Shown in pieces: positions 38,884 to 48,043 of a stretch of 64,000 nucleotides of DNA. The DNA comes from Halorutilales archaeon Cl-col2-1 (lineage in GTDB: Archaea; Halobacteriota; Halobacteria; Halobacteriales; Afararchaeaceae), in NCBI GenBank assembly GCA_041891055.1, contig CP169074.1, positions 576,001-640,000 of the forward strand, in the 5' to 3' direction. The notes below the pieces were generated by a model, which had not been told where the DNA came from, made no database searches, and saw only the letters and a list, made by a program, of their open reading frames with translations. The stretch's first letter is position 1, and each line of letters begins with the position of its first letter. Both the position numbers and the translations under genes were made by a program.

Positions 38884-38993
38884 GTTTAGCGAAGCCTCGG
38901 GCGGGATTTGAACGCCGGTCAGTTCCTTCCCTAGTTCAGACCGCTTGAGGCACGCTAAACTCGGTTTAGCGAAGCCTCGGGCGGGATTTGAAC
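38884..38993 (-). repeat. 30-bp direct repeat of the tRNA-Thr 3' end and trailer
   Basis: GTTTAGCGAAGCCTCGGGCGGGATTTGAAC at 38884-38913 and 38964-38993. Confidence 0.9.
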
Positions 38994-39045
38994 CCGCGAA
39001 CCTCGTCATTACCAATGACGCGCTCTACCTCTGAGCTACCGAGGC
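38973..39045 (-). tRNA. tRNA-Thr(GGT)
   Basis: Acceptor GCCTCGG/CCGAGGC; anticodon arm CGTCA-TTGGTAA-TGACG; TTCAAAT T-loop. Confidence 0.96.
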
Positions 39046-39155
39046 GCAGCTTCGAGTAGGGGGTTCGGCGTAAAGAAGATTTTTATTTGGATCAGGGTGC
39101 CAAAAAGTCATGAAAAATCAGATAGATATAAATAAGATTAGCCACAGGAACAATA

Positions 39156-39476
39156 ATGAAGAAAGCAAAAACAGGGGATAGCATGCCGAGGATAATAAAG
39201 AAAGGTCTCGAAGAACGTGAGGACGCATGGCTCGTGAAGCTAGACGAACCCGCCGAGGTAGAGCATCCGGTGTGTTCAGCGGTAGACAACGTAATGACAG
39301 TAGAGACCGAGTACTTCGTGGTCGACGAGAAGGAGTCATACGGTGACGACGTCGAGGTATGTGCGTTCCCCTCGGACGAGGAGGGTTCGATATCTACCTT
39401 CCTTGAGGTCGCGGGAGGACTCAACAAGACACACGAGGACGTCGTCGGCGAGCTTCGGAACCTGAGTGGCTCGTAG
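39156..39476 (+). CDS. Hypothetical acidic protein
   Basis: Acidic ORF with host-like codons after an AT-rich promoter-like region; start may be ATG 39183. Confidence 0.7.
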   Translation: MKKAKTGDSMPRIIKKGLEEREDAWLVKLDEPAEVEHPVCSAVDNVMTVETEYFVVDEKESYGDDVEVCAFPSDEEGSISTFLEVAGGLNKTHEDVVGELRNLSGS

Positions 39477-39533
39477 GAGTCCTGTATCCGGGAGTATAGC
39501 AAGCTTTTTGTCTCCTAGCTTTCCGTCTTCTGT

Positions 39534-40022
39534 ATGACCAAGAGAAGAGACCTGATAGAGGCATTATCTAAGAACGCGCGTCTGTCTTCTGAGGATCTAG
39601 CGCGTCTCACGGGTCTCGACGAGGACAGGGTCGAGAGCCTCATAGAGGAGATGGAGGACGAGGGTATCATACGTGGCTACCAGGCTATAGTCGACTGGGA
39701 GGAGATAGAGGGCGAGTACGTCAGGGCTATGATAGAGCTCAACGTCACACTCGACCGTGAGACGAGCTACGACGACGTCGCTCGGCGTATAAGCAAGTTC
39801 TCGAAGGTACATTCGCTCAAGCTCGTGAGCGGCAACTACGACTTCGCCTTAGAAGTCGAGGCGGAGTCAATGGCTGAGATCTCGAACTTCGTGAGCGAGA
39901 AGATCGCTCCGGTTCCCGAGGTCACACAGACCGTCACCCATCTCATAATGAGGACTTACAAGGAGGGAGGAACCGAACTGACCGACTCACACGACGACGA
40001 CCGGCTTTCGGTCTCACCCTAA
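39534..40022 (+). CDS. Lrp/AsnC regulator (LrpA1-like)
   Basis: N-terminal HTH and LVSGNYD motif; upstream of the aminotransferase. Confidence 0.92.
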   Translation: MTKRRDLIEALSKNARLSSEDLARLTGLDEDRVESLIEEMEDEGIIRGYQAIVDWEEIEGEYVRAMIELNVTLDRETSYDDVARRISKFSKVHSLKLVSGNYDFALEVEAESMAEISNFVSEKIAPVPEVTQTVTHLIMRTYKEGGTELTDSHDDDRLSVSP

Positions 40023-40042
40023 CTAATTACGGAGGACAGAAG

Positions 40043-41185
40043 ATGGACATATCCGAAAGGGCGAGACAGGTTCCTCCGTCGGGAATCCGTCGTTTCTTCG
40101 AACTCGCAGAGGAGATGGACGACGTCATATCCCTCGGAGTCGGGGAGCCCGACTTCTCAGCGCCGTGGTCGGCGAGGGAGGCGGCGATAGAGTCGCTAGA
40201 ACGCGGACAGACCTCGTACACTACGAACAGAGGAAAACGTGAGCTACGTGAGGCGGTATCCCGGAAGGTCTCGGAGTACGGTCTCGAATACGCAGCCGAC
40301 GACGAGATACTCGTGACTACGGGAGTGAGTGAGGCTGCCGATCTCGCTCTGAGAGCCCTCGTCGACCCGGGCGACACAGTCGCAGTCGCCGAGCCGTCGT
40401 ACGTCTCTTACGTCCCGGGAGTGATATTCTCAGGGGGTGAGCCTCTCAGGATTCCGACGCGTCTTGAGAACGACTTCAAGCTACGTTACGAAGACCTCGA
40501 AGAAGCGGGTGCCGAAGACGCCGAGGTTCTCATAATCTGTTACCCCAACAACCCCACAGGGGCCGTGATGACTGAGGAAGAACTGAGGGAAGTAGCCGAC
40601 TTCGCGCGCGAGAACGACATAACTGTCGTCTCCGACGAGGTCTACGCCGACCTGACGTACGGGGGAAAAGACGGGGGAGACCACGCCTCGATAGCGACTC
40701 TCGACGGCATGAGAGAACGCACCGTAGTATTCAACGGCTTCTCGAAGGCTTATGCGATGACAGGTCTACGTCTCGGCTACGCACTCGGTCCCTCAGAGGT
40801 CATCGACGCGATGAACCGGATACACCAGTACACGATGCTCTCGGCTCCGACGACGGCGCAGTACGCAGCGATCGATGCCCTCGAATCGTGTGATGACGAC
40901 GTCGCTGAGATGAGACGTGAGTACAACAGGAGACGGCGTTATGTCCTCTCGCGTTTCGAGGAGATGGGCATCGACTGTTTCACCGCCGAGGGTGCCTTCT
41001 ATCTCTTCCCCGAGTCGCCCTACGACGACGAGGAGTTCGCCGAGGATCTTCTCAAGGAGAAGAAGGTCGCTGTCGTTCCGGGTAGGGTATTCGGTGAGAG
41101 TGGCGAGGGTCATCTACGTGTCTCATACGCCACGGGTCTCGACGAGCTCAAAGAGGCTCTCGACAGGATAGAGGAGTTCATATAA
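40043..41185 (+). CDS. Class I/II PLP aminotransferase
   Basis: PNNPTG, SDEVY and FSKAYAMTGLRLG motifs. Confidence 0.95.
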   Translation: MDISERARQVPPSGIRRFFELAEEMDDVISLGVGEPDFSAPWSAREAAIESLERGQTSYTTNRGKRELREAVSRKVSEYGLEYAADDEILVTTGVSEAADLALRALVDPGDTVAVAEPSYVSYVPGVIFSGGEPLRIPTRLENDFKLRYEDLEEAGAEDAEVLIICYPNNPTGAVMTEEELREVADFARENDITVVSDEVYADLTYGGKDGGDHASIATLDGMRERTVVFNGFSKAYAMTGLRLGYALGPSEVIDAMNRIHQYTMLSAPTTAQYAAIDALESCDDDVAEMRREYNRRRRYVLSRFEEMGIDCFTAEGAFYLFPESPYDDEEFAEDLLKEKKVAVVPGRVFGESGEGHLRVSYATGLDELKEALDRIEEFI

Positions 41186-41229
41186 GTACATAACACAAGC
41201 CTTAATCTCCGATCCGACGATGTAGAACC

Positions 41230-41799
41230 ATGAAGATATACACGGGAAGAGGTGACAAGGGACAGACTGATCTCAGAAACGGCGGACGCGTCTCTAAGTC
41301 GTCTGCAAGGATAGAGGCATACGGAACAGTCGACGAACTCAACGCACACGTCGGCTTCGCTGCCTCGAACCTCGACGCGGGTCAGCACGGCGATGTCGTC
41401 GACGTTCTCAAGGAGGTACAGAACCGTCTCTTCAAGGCACAGGCTCATCTCTCGAACCCCGACAAGGGAGAAGACGACCCACGTGTCACTGACGACGACA
41501 CCGACTGGCTGGAGGAGAAGTGTGATGACTTCGACGAGGAGATCCCGCCTCTCGAATCCTTCATACTTCCGAGCGGGTCGTCAGCGGGTTCATCTCTCCA
41601 TCTCGCACGTACTGTATGTAGGAGATCTGAGAGACGCTCGGTGGGCCTCCTCGCCGAGGTAGAAGAGACAGAAGGTACCGACGTCGACGACACACAGAAG
41701 GTCGTCCAGTTCCTCAACAGGCTGTCCGACCTCCTGTTCATACTCGGACGTGTGGTCAACCACAGGGAAGGCACCAAGGAAGAACGTCCGACGTACTAG
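41230..41799 (+). CDS. pduO: Cob(I)alamin adenosyltransferase (PduO type)
   Basis: KIYTGRGDKG, GTVDELN and NRLSD motifs. Confidence 0.93.
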   Translation: MKIYTGRGDKGQTDLRNGGRVSKSSARIEAYGTVDELNAHVGFAASNLDAGQHGDVVDVLKEVQNRLFKAQAHLSNPDKGEDDPRVTDDDTDWLEEKCDDFDEEIPPLESFILPSGSSAGSSLHLARTVCRRSERRSVGLLAEVEETEGTDVDDTQKVVQFLNRLSDLLFILGRVVNHREGTKEERPTY

Positions 41800-43155
41800 C
41801 TAAGCCAGTTCTTTTCTCTCAGCCGTCTCCGATCCACGTCCCAGTGTCTCCTCAACCTGTGTGTAGACCAAGACCGCCCCGACCGCGGCGAGGAAAGAGC
41901 CGAAGACGAAGGGGTAGACGTAGCCGTAGTCGACGAGGAACCCCGACGACAGCGGACCTATTGCTATTCCGAGACCAAAACTCATAGTGAGGACTGAGAG
42001 CTGAGTTCCCGACTCGCCAGTCCTTGCTATGTCACCCGCGAGTGCGAGAGCGGGAGCGAAGACCATAGCACCCGCGACACCCTGTACGAAACGCGCGACT
42101 ATCATCTGTGCGGGGACTGTGACGAGACCCTGTGCGAGTGTCGAGGGTACGAGTAAGACGAGTCCCGCGACGATGAATGGCTTACGTCCTATACGGTCAC
42201 TCACGCTACCTATGGGTGCCTGTAGGAGAACCTGTGCGCCCACGAAGGCGGCGAACTCGACACCGAAGAGAAAGCTTCCCTGTCCGAGACGTGCGTTGAC
42301 GTGTGTCTCTATAGCGGCAAGGAGGGCTATCCCGACCGCCATGAAGAGCGAGGCTACGCCGAGAGTGAAGACGGGATCGAGTGTCCTTCGGTCGCCGTCG
42401 TAGAAGACCGAGACAGAGAGATTGCCTCCAGCCTCCTCTTCGAGCTCCTCGGGGTCGGTGACGAGTATGTGAACTAAGAAGATACTCAACATCGCCGAGA
42501 CCGACGCGATGTAGAAAGCAGCGTTGAAGCCGTTTACCGTGAGACCCGCGACCATGTAGGGACCTGCCTCGACTATGCCACCCGCGACTAGAGGTCCCGC
42601 GCCGAAGCCGAGGAGACGGAAGGTGTTGTAGACACCCATGTTGCTACCACGTGTCGTGTCGGTCGCAAGCTCGTTGACGAGTGCTATCGAGGTGGGTATT
42701 GTGAAGGCGACCCCGATACCCTGTACAGCACGGACGACGAACATGACCTCGTAGCTCCCGACTACTGAGTAGAGGAAGTTGGTGACCGCGAGTATTCCGA
42801 GACCCGTTATAACGAATATCTTCCTCCTCCGGAGTGAGTCGGAGAGCCTACCCGTGAAAGGCTGTCCGAAGCTGTTGAGGAAGCCGAACGACGAGAGTAT
42901 TATTCCGGTTATGAGACCTATGCTTATAGCACCCGCCTCACCGACTGAGAAGCCGACGAAGTCGCCGGTTATACGTCCGCTGTGTATGTAGAGAGGGAGT
43001 ACGATTATGAGAAACGAGTTCCCGAGCGAGTCCGCCATCCTCGCGAAAGCGAGAGCGAGTACACGTCTGTCGGTGTCGATTCCGAGGTAAGTTCTTGACT
43101 CCGAGTCTGACTCTGACTCTGATTCTGACTCCGATCTCGACCCGGAACCAGACAT
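41800..43155 (-). CDS. MFS transporter
   Basis: GRLSDSLRRRK and GSVSDRIGRK motifs; about 12 TM segments. Confidence 0.92.
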   Translation of the reverse strand: MSGSGSRSESESESESDSESRTYLGIDTDRRVLALAFARMADSLGNSFLIIVLPLYIHSGRITGDFVGFSVGEAGAISIGLITGIILSSFGFLNSFGQPFTGRLSDSLRRRKIFVITGLGILAVTNFLYSVVGSYEVMFVVRAVQGIGVAFTIPTSIALVNELATDTTRGSNMGVYNTFRLLGFGAGPLVAGGIVEAGPYMVAGLTVNGFNAAFYIASVSAMLSIFLVHILVTDPEELEEEAGGNLSVSVFYDGDRRTLDPVFTLGVASLFMAVGIALLAAIETHVNARLGQGSFLFGVEFAAFVGAQVLLQAPIGSVSDRIGRKPFIVAGLVLLVPSTLAQGLVTVPAQMIVARFVQGVAGAMVFAPALALAGDIARTGESGTQLSVLTMSFGLGIAIGPLSSGFLVDYGYVYPFVFGSFLAAVGAVLVYTQVEETLGRGSETAERKELA

Positions 43156-43964
43156 CAGTCGGTACCTCCTTGCCTCTCTCTTTCACCCCTCTCCCACAGA
43201 GACTCGAATGTCGTGTGTAGCTCGTCGACTACACGTCCGTCCCTGAAGTTTATGACCGAGAGTATCTCCGACTCGTCGGAGGGATGGAGAACCTCTATAC
43301 ACGCCTCCGACGAGTCTATGACGTTGAAACGCTGTCTCGGGACGTCGTCTATACGTCTCAGTTCGAGCCCCTCCTCTATAAGAAGACTCAGGTCGACGAG
43401 TTCGTCGTCCTCTCCGGTTATGAGTCTGACGTCGACGCCGTCATTGAGTATACCGTATATCTTCTCGACGAACCTCTTCTGTATCTCCCTCGGAGTGTCG
43501 CCCGAGCTAGCACAGATTAGTATCTCGTCTTCTGCGGTCGAGAACCTCTCAAAGAGAAGCTCCTTCGCGTTCTCCTCGTGGACTGCTGTGGTCCAGAATC
43601 CCGACCCCGACTCGACGGAGTCGTCGGAGCCGAGACGTGAGAGTAGATCCTTAGCCTCGTCGGCAGCTTCCTCGTACTCCTTCTCCTTCCTCGAAAGCTC
43701 TTCCTCGCGTGAACTCAGAAGTCGACCGACAGCGGTCTCAGGATCGACGGCGGAGTACCTCTTGGGACGTGACTCGTCACATCTCACCAGCGACTTCTCC
43801 GAGAGCGAGTTGAGTACATCGTAGATACGTCCCTTAGGCACCTCCGACCTCCCAGAGATTTCCTCCGCCGAGATCACAGACACCTTAGCGAGAACTAGAT
43901 ACGCCCGAGCCTCGTACTCCGAGAGACCGAGATCCTTCAGACGTTCGAGTAGATCCGTGTCCAT
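43155..43964 (-). CDS. TrmB family regulator
   Basis: LGLSEYEARAY..VPKGRIYDVL motif. Confidence 0.92.
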   Translation of the reverse strand: MDTDLLERLKDLGLSEYEARAYLVLAKVSVISAEEISGRSEVPKGRIYDVLNSLSEKSLVRCDESRPKRYSAVDPETAVGRLLSSREEELSRKEKEYEEAADEAKDLLSRLGSDDSVESGSGFWTTAVHEENAKELLFERFSTAEDEILICASSGDTPREIQKRFVEKIYGILNDGVDVRLITGEDDELVDLSLLIEEGLELRRIDDVPRQRFNVIDSSEACIEVLHPSDESEILSVINFRDGRVVDELHTTFESLWERGERERQGGTD

Positions 43965-44085
43965 CTAAGCCATCTTCGGAGACTGTAAACAACACTCTTA
44001 TGGTTTCTTTCTGAGCTTGAAACAACAGTTTGAGTGTTTAGGATAGACAGGATTATATATCGCCGAGACTCGGTTTAACACACGT

Positions 44086-45720
44086 ATGAAACGTGTATCT
44101 GTGTCTGGTGTAGCCACGTTACTACTCGTGATTATGGTATCTGTACAGCCCGTCGCCGGGGCTGACTCGGTGATAGGAAGTCCCGAGATAGATCTGTCTG
44201 TACGTGACAACCATTTCTCGTCTAACACAGACGCCGACGTCGAAGTCTGGATAACTAACAACGGTGACCTCGAACAGGGAGGTCCCGCACAGCACGAACA
44301 GCGCGTCAAGACGGCACGTAACCTCCAGATGAGCATAGACGAGAGCCGACTCGACGCTCCGATAGACGTCCAGTCGGGAACAGTCTCCGTCGGATCAGTC
44401 CCCGAGGGTGGCGCAGGACCCTACTCGTTCGATATCGAGATAGGAGACGCCGAACCGGGCACCTACCGAATTCCGGTCGAGGTGAGCTACGACTACACAC
44501 GTTCGGTTGAGTACAGCGACGTCACAGCGCCCGACTACAACGATTTCTCGCGCGAGGAGACTAAGTACATAGAGATAGTCATCGAGAGGAGACCCGAGTT
44601 CGAGATAGCCACCTCCGAGTCAGAGAATGTCTTCGCTGGAGACACGGGACGTCTTAAGTTTAGCCTCCGAAACACGGGTGTCGAGACTGCTTACGACCCA
44701 CGTATAAGGCTGGAGTCTGGATCGGAAGGTGTCTTCTTCGGAGGCATGAGCCAGAGACAGAGGTCGAGAACCGTATCGTCAAGTCCTATAGAGCCGGGAT
44801 CGGTAAAGGAGTACACCATCAAGGTGGGAGCCGACTCCGACGTAGTACCGGGTAAGTATCCCGTGAACGCAGTAGTCGAGTACGAGAACTCGAACGGGGT
44901 CACAGAGACCTCGGAGACTCTCCGCACTAACGTCGATGTGATGCCTGAGAGGACGTTCACGCTCGAAGACGTATCCTCGGAGGCACTCAGGGTCGACGAG
45001 GACGACGCGACTGTCTCGGGAAGTCTGACTAACATGGGTAGCTCGCCAGTCAGAAACGTCGTCGTGACTGTCTCCTCGGGAGATACGTCGGGTATACGTG
45101 TCACCGGTGGGGAGTCGGCGGTCGGCGACCTCGGAGCGGGAGAGTCGTCGGAGGTCGGGTTCGATCTTTCGGTGAACGAAAACGCCGAGCCGGGCAGCCG
45201 TGAACTCGTCTTCGACGTCAAGTACGAGAACTCATACGGAGAGACGAGACGGTACTCCGAGCCCATAAGGAAGAGCTTCGAAGTCGGTGAGGAAATCGAT
45301 CCCTTCGAGGTCACCTCAGTCAACACGAGCCTCACGTCGGGAGGCACAGCCGAGATGCGTGTCGATGTCACCAACAACGCCGACTACGCGGCTGACAACA
45401 TCAACGCCAAGGTATTCGTGAGCGATCCCATATCGAGCGGCGACGACGAGGCTTTCCTGGGTGAGATGGGGCCGGGTGAGACCAAGACTGCCGTCTTCAC
45501 AGTCAGCGCGACTTCGTCGGCGATCCCGAAGGAGTACACGGGATCGATGGAGATCAGGTACGACGACAGAGGAGGTGACACTCAGTTCACCGACAGCCTC
45601 TCGGTCGGCATACCCATCGAGGAGTCGGAGGGAGGCGGACCCCCGGTTCCGTACGTCGTCGCTGGCTTAGTCGTCGTGGTAGTCGCAGTAGGAGCCTTCG
45701 TCTGGAGACGTAGAACGTAA
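44086..45720 (+). CDS. COG1361 S-layer-like surface protein
   Basis: Signal peptide, repeated Ig-like units, C-terminal TM followed by RRR. Confidence 0.85.
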   Translation: MKRVSVSGVATLLLVIMVSVQPVAGADSVIGSPEIDLSVRDNHFSSNTDADVEVWITNNGDLEQGGPAQHEQRVKTARNLQMSIDESRLDAPIDVQSGTVSVGSVPEGGAGPYSFDIEIGDAEPGTYRIPVEVSYDYTRSVEYSDVTAPDYNDFSREETKYIEIVIERRPEFEIATSESENVFAGDTGRLKFSLRNTGVETAYDPRIRLESGSEGVFFGGMSQRQRSRTVSSSPIEPGSVKEYTIKVGADSDVVPGKYPVNAVVEYENSNGVTETSETLRTNVDVMPERTFTLEDVSSEALRVDEDDATVSGSLTNMGSSPVRNVVVTVSSGDTSGIRVTGGESAVGDLGAGESSEVGFDLSVNENAEPGSRELVFDVKYENSYGETRRYSEPIRKSFEVGEEIDPFEVTSVNTSLTSGGTAEMRVDVTNNADYAADNINAKVFVSDPISSGDDEAFLGEMGPGETKTAVFTVSATSSAIPKEYTGSMEIRYDDRGGDTQFTDSLSVGIPIEESEGGGPPVPYVVAGLVVVVVAVGAFVWRRRT

Positions 45721-45732
45721 AACAAGAACAAG

Positions 45733-47967
45733 ATGGAGTTACTAAGAAAGCCGTTTGAGTACCTCGGCGAGAGGATAGAGAGACATCCCCTCGTCTTCGT
45801 GGCTCTCGCAGTCGTCCTTTTATTCGTCGCGGTGGGAGGAGCCTCACAGATAACCAGCGTGACGGGTGACAGGGCGTTCATAAGCGAGAACCCGACCTAC
45901 GACCAGTACACTGAGAACTTCGACAGAGGCGCGATAGCCGTACTCGTGAGGGGAGAGGTCGACGACCCCAAGACGATGGAGGCGATAGACAGGTTCGACT
46001 CACGTATGTCGGAGGTCGAGAACGTCGAGACGGTCGTGAGTCCCGCCGACAGGGTGAGGGCGGAGTACGGCGGCATACCCGAGTCCTCGGAGGAGATCAA
46101 CTCCGTCGTGGGGAATCCGAGGTACACAGTCGTCCAGGTCGTTCTCAAGCCCGACCTGACACAGCAGGACGAGAAGCCCGTCTACGAGAAGTCGGTCGAG
46201 GCGAAGGACTGGGCGGAGTTCCCCGCGGGAGTATCGGTCACCATCACCGGAAATCCCGCTTTCTCGGCACAGCTCTCCGACACGATACAGAGTAGCACAC
46301 AGAGCCAGCTTCGTCTCGCAGTCGGTCTGATGATCGTCGCTCTCTTCTTCTTCTTCAGAGGAGTACGTCTGCGTCTCCTTCCGATAGTCGCGGTCTTCGT
46401 AGGGGTCATCTATACCTTCGGTGCGATGGGTTACCTCGGAATACCCAACTCGACCCTCACGAGTGCTGTCTTCCCGATACTCATAGGACTCGGCATAGAC
46501 TACTCAGTACAGTTCCACCAGAGATACGAGGAAGAACTCGACAGAAACCCGCCGAGTGTCGCGCTTCCACGTGCTCTCAAGGGTATTGGTCCTGCGGTCT
46601 TGGTAGCTATGCTCGCGGCGGGACTCGGCTTCGCGGCGACGTGGATAACCTCGGTCGGCACGCCCGCACTCGTCTGGTTCTCACAGACGTCGATCATCGG
46701 CATAATCCTCTCGTACATATCCGGGATCATACTTCTCCTCTCAGTCCTGACTATCTACGCCCACTGGAAGGAGAGAGGGTCGAATGTCGACGAGAACGAC
46801 AGGGAGGGAACCTACACGAAGGAGAAGCCGAGACAGGAGGTCATGACGGCAACCCTCTTCGGCAGGATAATAGGAAAGGGTTCGAGGAAGCTGGCTCAGC
46901 GTCCTGGAGCCGTCATACTCGTCGCGGGACTCCTCATGGTGGGGGGTCTCTACGTCAGCGAGGATCTAGACACTCTCACAGACAGCGAGGAGTTCATACC
47001 ACAGGATCTCCCCGCGTACGTCAATCTCCAGAACTTCCGGAGCGTGACAGGAGGCGGAAGTAGCGTTCAGTACTCAGTTCTCGTAAGTGGCTCGGATCTC
47101 AGAAACCCCGAGACACTCGACTGGATGGAGGAGTTCGAGACCGTAGCGACGGGTAAGCCCCTGATTACGGGAGTCGACTCGCCTACCGACCTCGTCAAAC
47201 AGAACAACGCCGGCGAGATACCTGAGACACGTGCGGGCGTCGAAGAAGTCATCTCTCGCCTCACAGAGAGCCAGACTGCTGTCTACTACTCCGACGGATA
47301 CGCACATATCACGGTCAACGCCGAGCGGGGAATGGACACCGACGAAGTACTGTCGTTCGTCGACAACGTCGAGAGAGCGATAGAGACGAGTCAGCCTCCT
47401 CCCGGTGTCGAAGCCGATCTGACGGGGTCGTCGGTTCTCTCGCCACAGAACACAGTCAGCGGAATAGAGTCGAGGAACACGACGACAGCCCTCGGTGCCT
47501 TCCTCGTCTTCATGCTCCTTCTCGTCTACTACAGGAGCCCCGTGAAGTCAGTCGCGCCGGTAGTCCCTATGCTGTTCGTCGTGGGATGGCAGGGTCTATA
47601 CATGTACCTACTCGGAATCAAGGTCTCCCCCCTGAGCGCGTCCCTCGGAGCTCTCACGATAGGAATAGGCGCGGAGTACACAGTGATAGTGATGGAGAGG
47701 TACTTCGAGGAGAAGAGATCGGGAGCCTCGAAGCTCGACGCGATCGAGACTGCGACTTCACGTGTCGGAGAGGCGATAACCGTCTCGGGTCTCACGACTA
47801 TATTCGGCTTCTCGGCTCTGGTCGCCTCGCCGTTCCCGATACTCAGCGACTTCGGTACAGTGACGGTCGGAATACTCGGTATGACACTCGTCGCCGCGCT
47901 CGTGACACTCCCGCCGACACTCGTCCTCCTCGATGGGATAGGGGAGAAGGTTAACGAGAATCTCTGA
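45733..47967 (+). CDS. RND/MMPL (HAE3-like) transporter
   Basis: GLGIDY and GIGAEY motifs in duplicated halves. Confidence 0.9.
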   Translation: MELLRKPFEYLGERIERHPLVFVALAVVLLFVAVGGASQITSVTGDRAFISENPTYDQYTENFDRGAIAVLVRGEVDDPKTMEAIDRFDSRMSEVENVETVVSPADRVRAEYGGIPESSEEINSVVGNPRYTVVQVVLKPDLTQQDEKPVYEKSVEAKDWAEFPAGVSVTITGNPAFSAQLSDTIQSSTQSQLRLAVGLMIVALFFFFRGVRLRLLPIVAVFVGVIYTFGAMGYLGIPNSTLTSAVFPILIGLGIDYSVQFHQRYEEELDRNPPSVALPRALKGIGPAVLVAMLAAGLGFAATWITSVGTPALVWFSQTSIIGIILSYISGIILLLSVLTIYAHWKERGSNVDENDREGTYTKEKPRQEVMTATLFGRIIGKGSRKLAQRPGAVILVAGLLMVGGLYVSEDLDTLTDSEEFIPQDLPAYVNLQNFRSVTGGGSSVQYSVLVSGSDLRNPETLDWMEEFETVATGKPLITGVDSPTDLVKQNNAGEIPETRAGVEEVISRLTESQTAVYYSDGYAHITVNAERGMDTDEVLSFVDNVERAIETSQPPPGVEADLTGSSVLSPQNTVSGIESRNTTTALGAFLVFMLLLVYYRSPVKSVAPVVPMLFVVGWQGLYMYLLGIKVSPLSASLGALTIGIGAEYTVIVMERYFEEKRSGASKLDAIETATSRVGEAITVSGLTTIFGFSALVASPFPILSDFGTVTVGILGMTLVAALVTLPPTLVLLDGIGEKVNENL

Positions 47968-48043
47968 AAAGACACCTGAACCGAAGAAAAACAGAACAGA
48001 AAAGTAAGAACGGAGAAACCGAATCTGACGTCTTTTTCTTTAT

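Noticed and set aside
35375-38913. Intact provirus or integrative element at tRNA-Thr
   Set aside because: No integrase or viral genes and no distant att copy seen
38884-38993. Possible mini-CRISPR (30-bp repeat, 50-bp spacer)
   Set aside because: Only two copies, the repeat is the tRNA 3' end, and there are no cas genes
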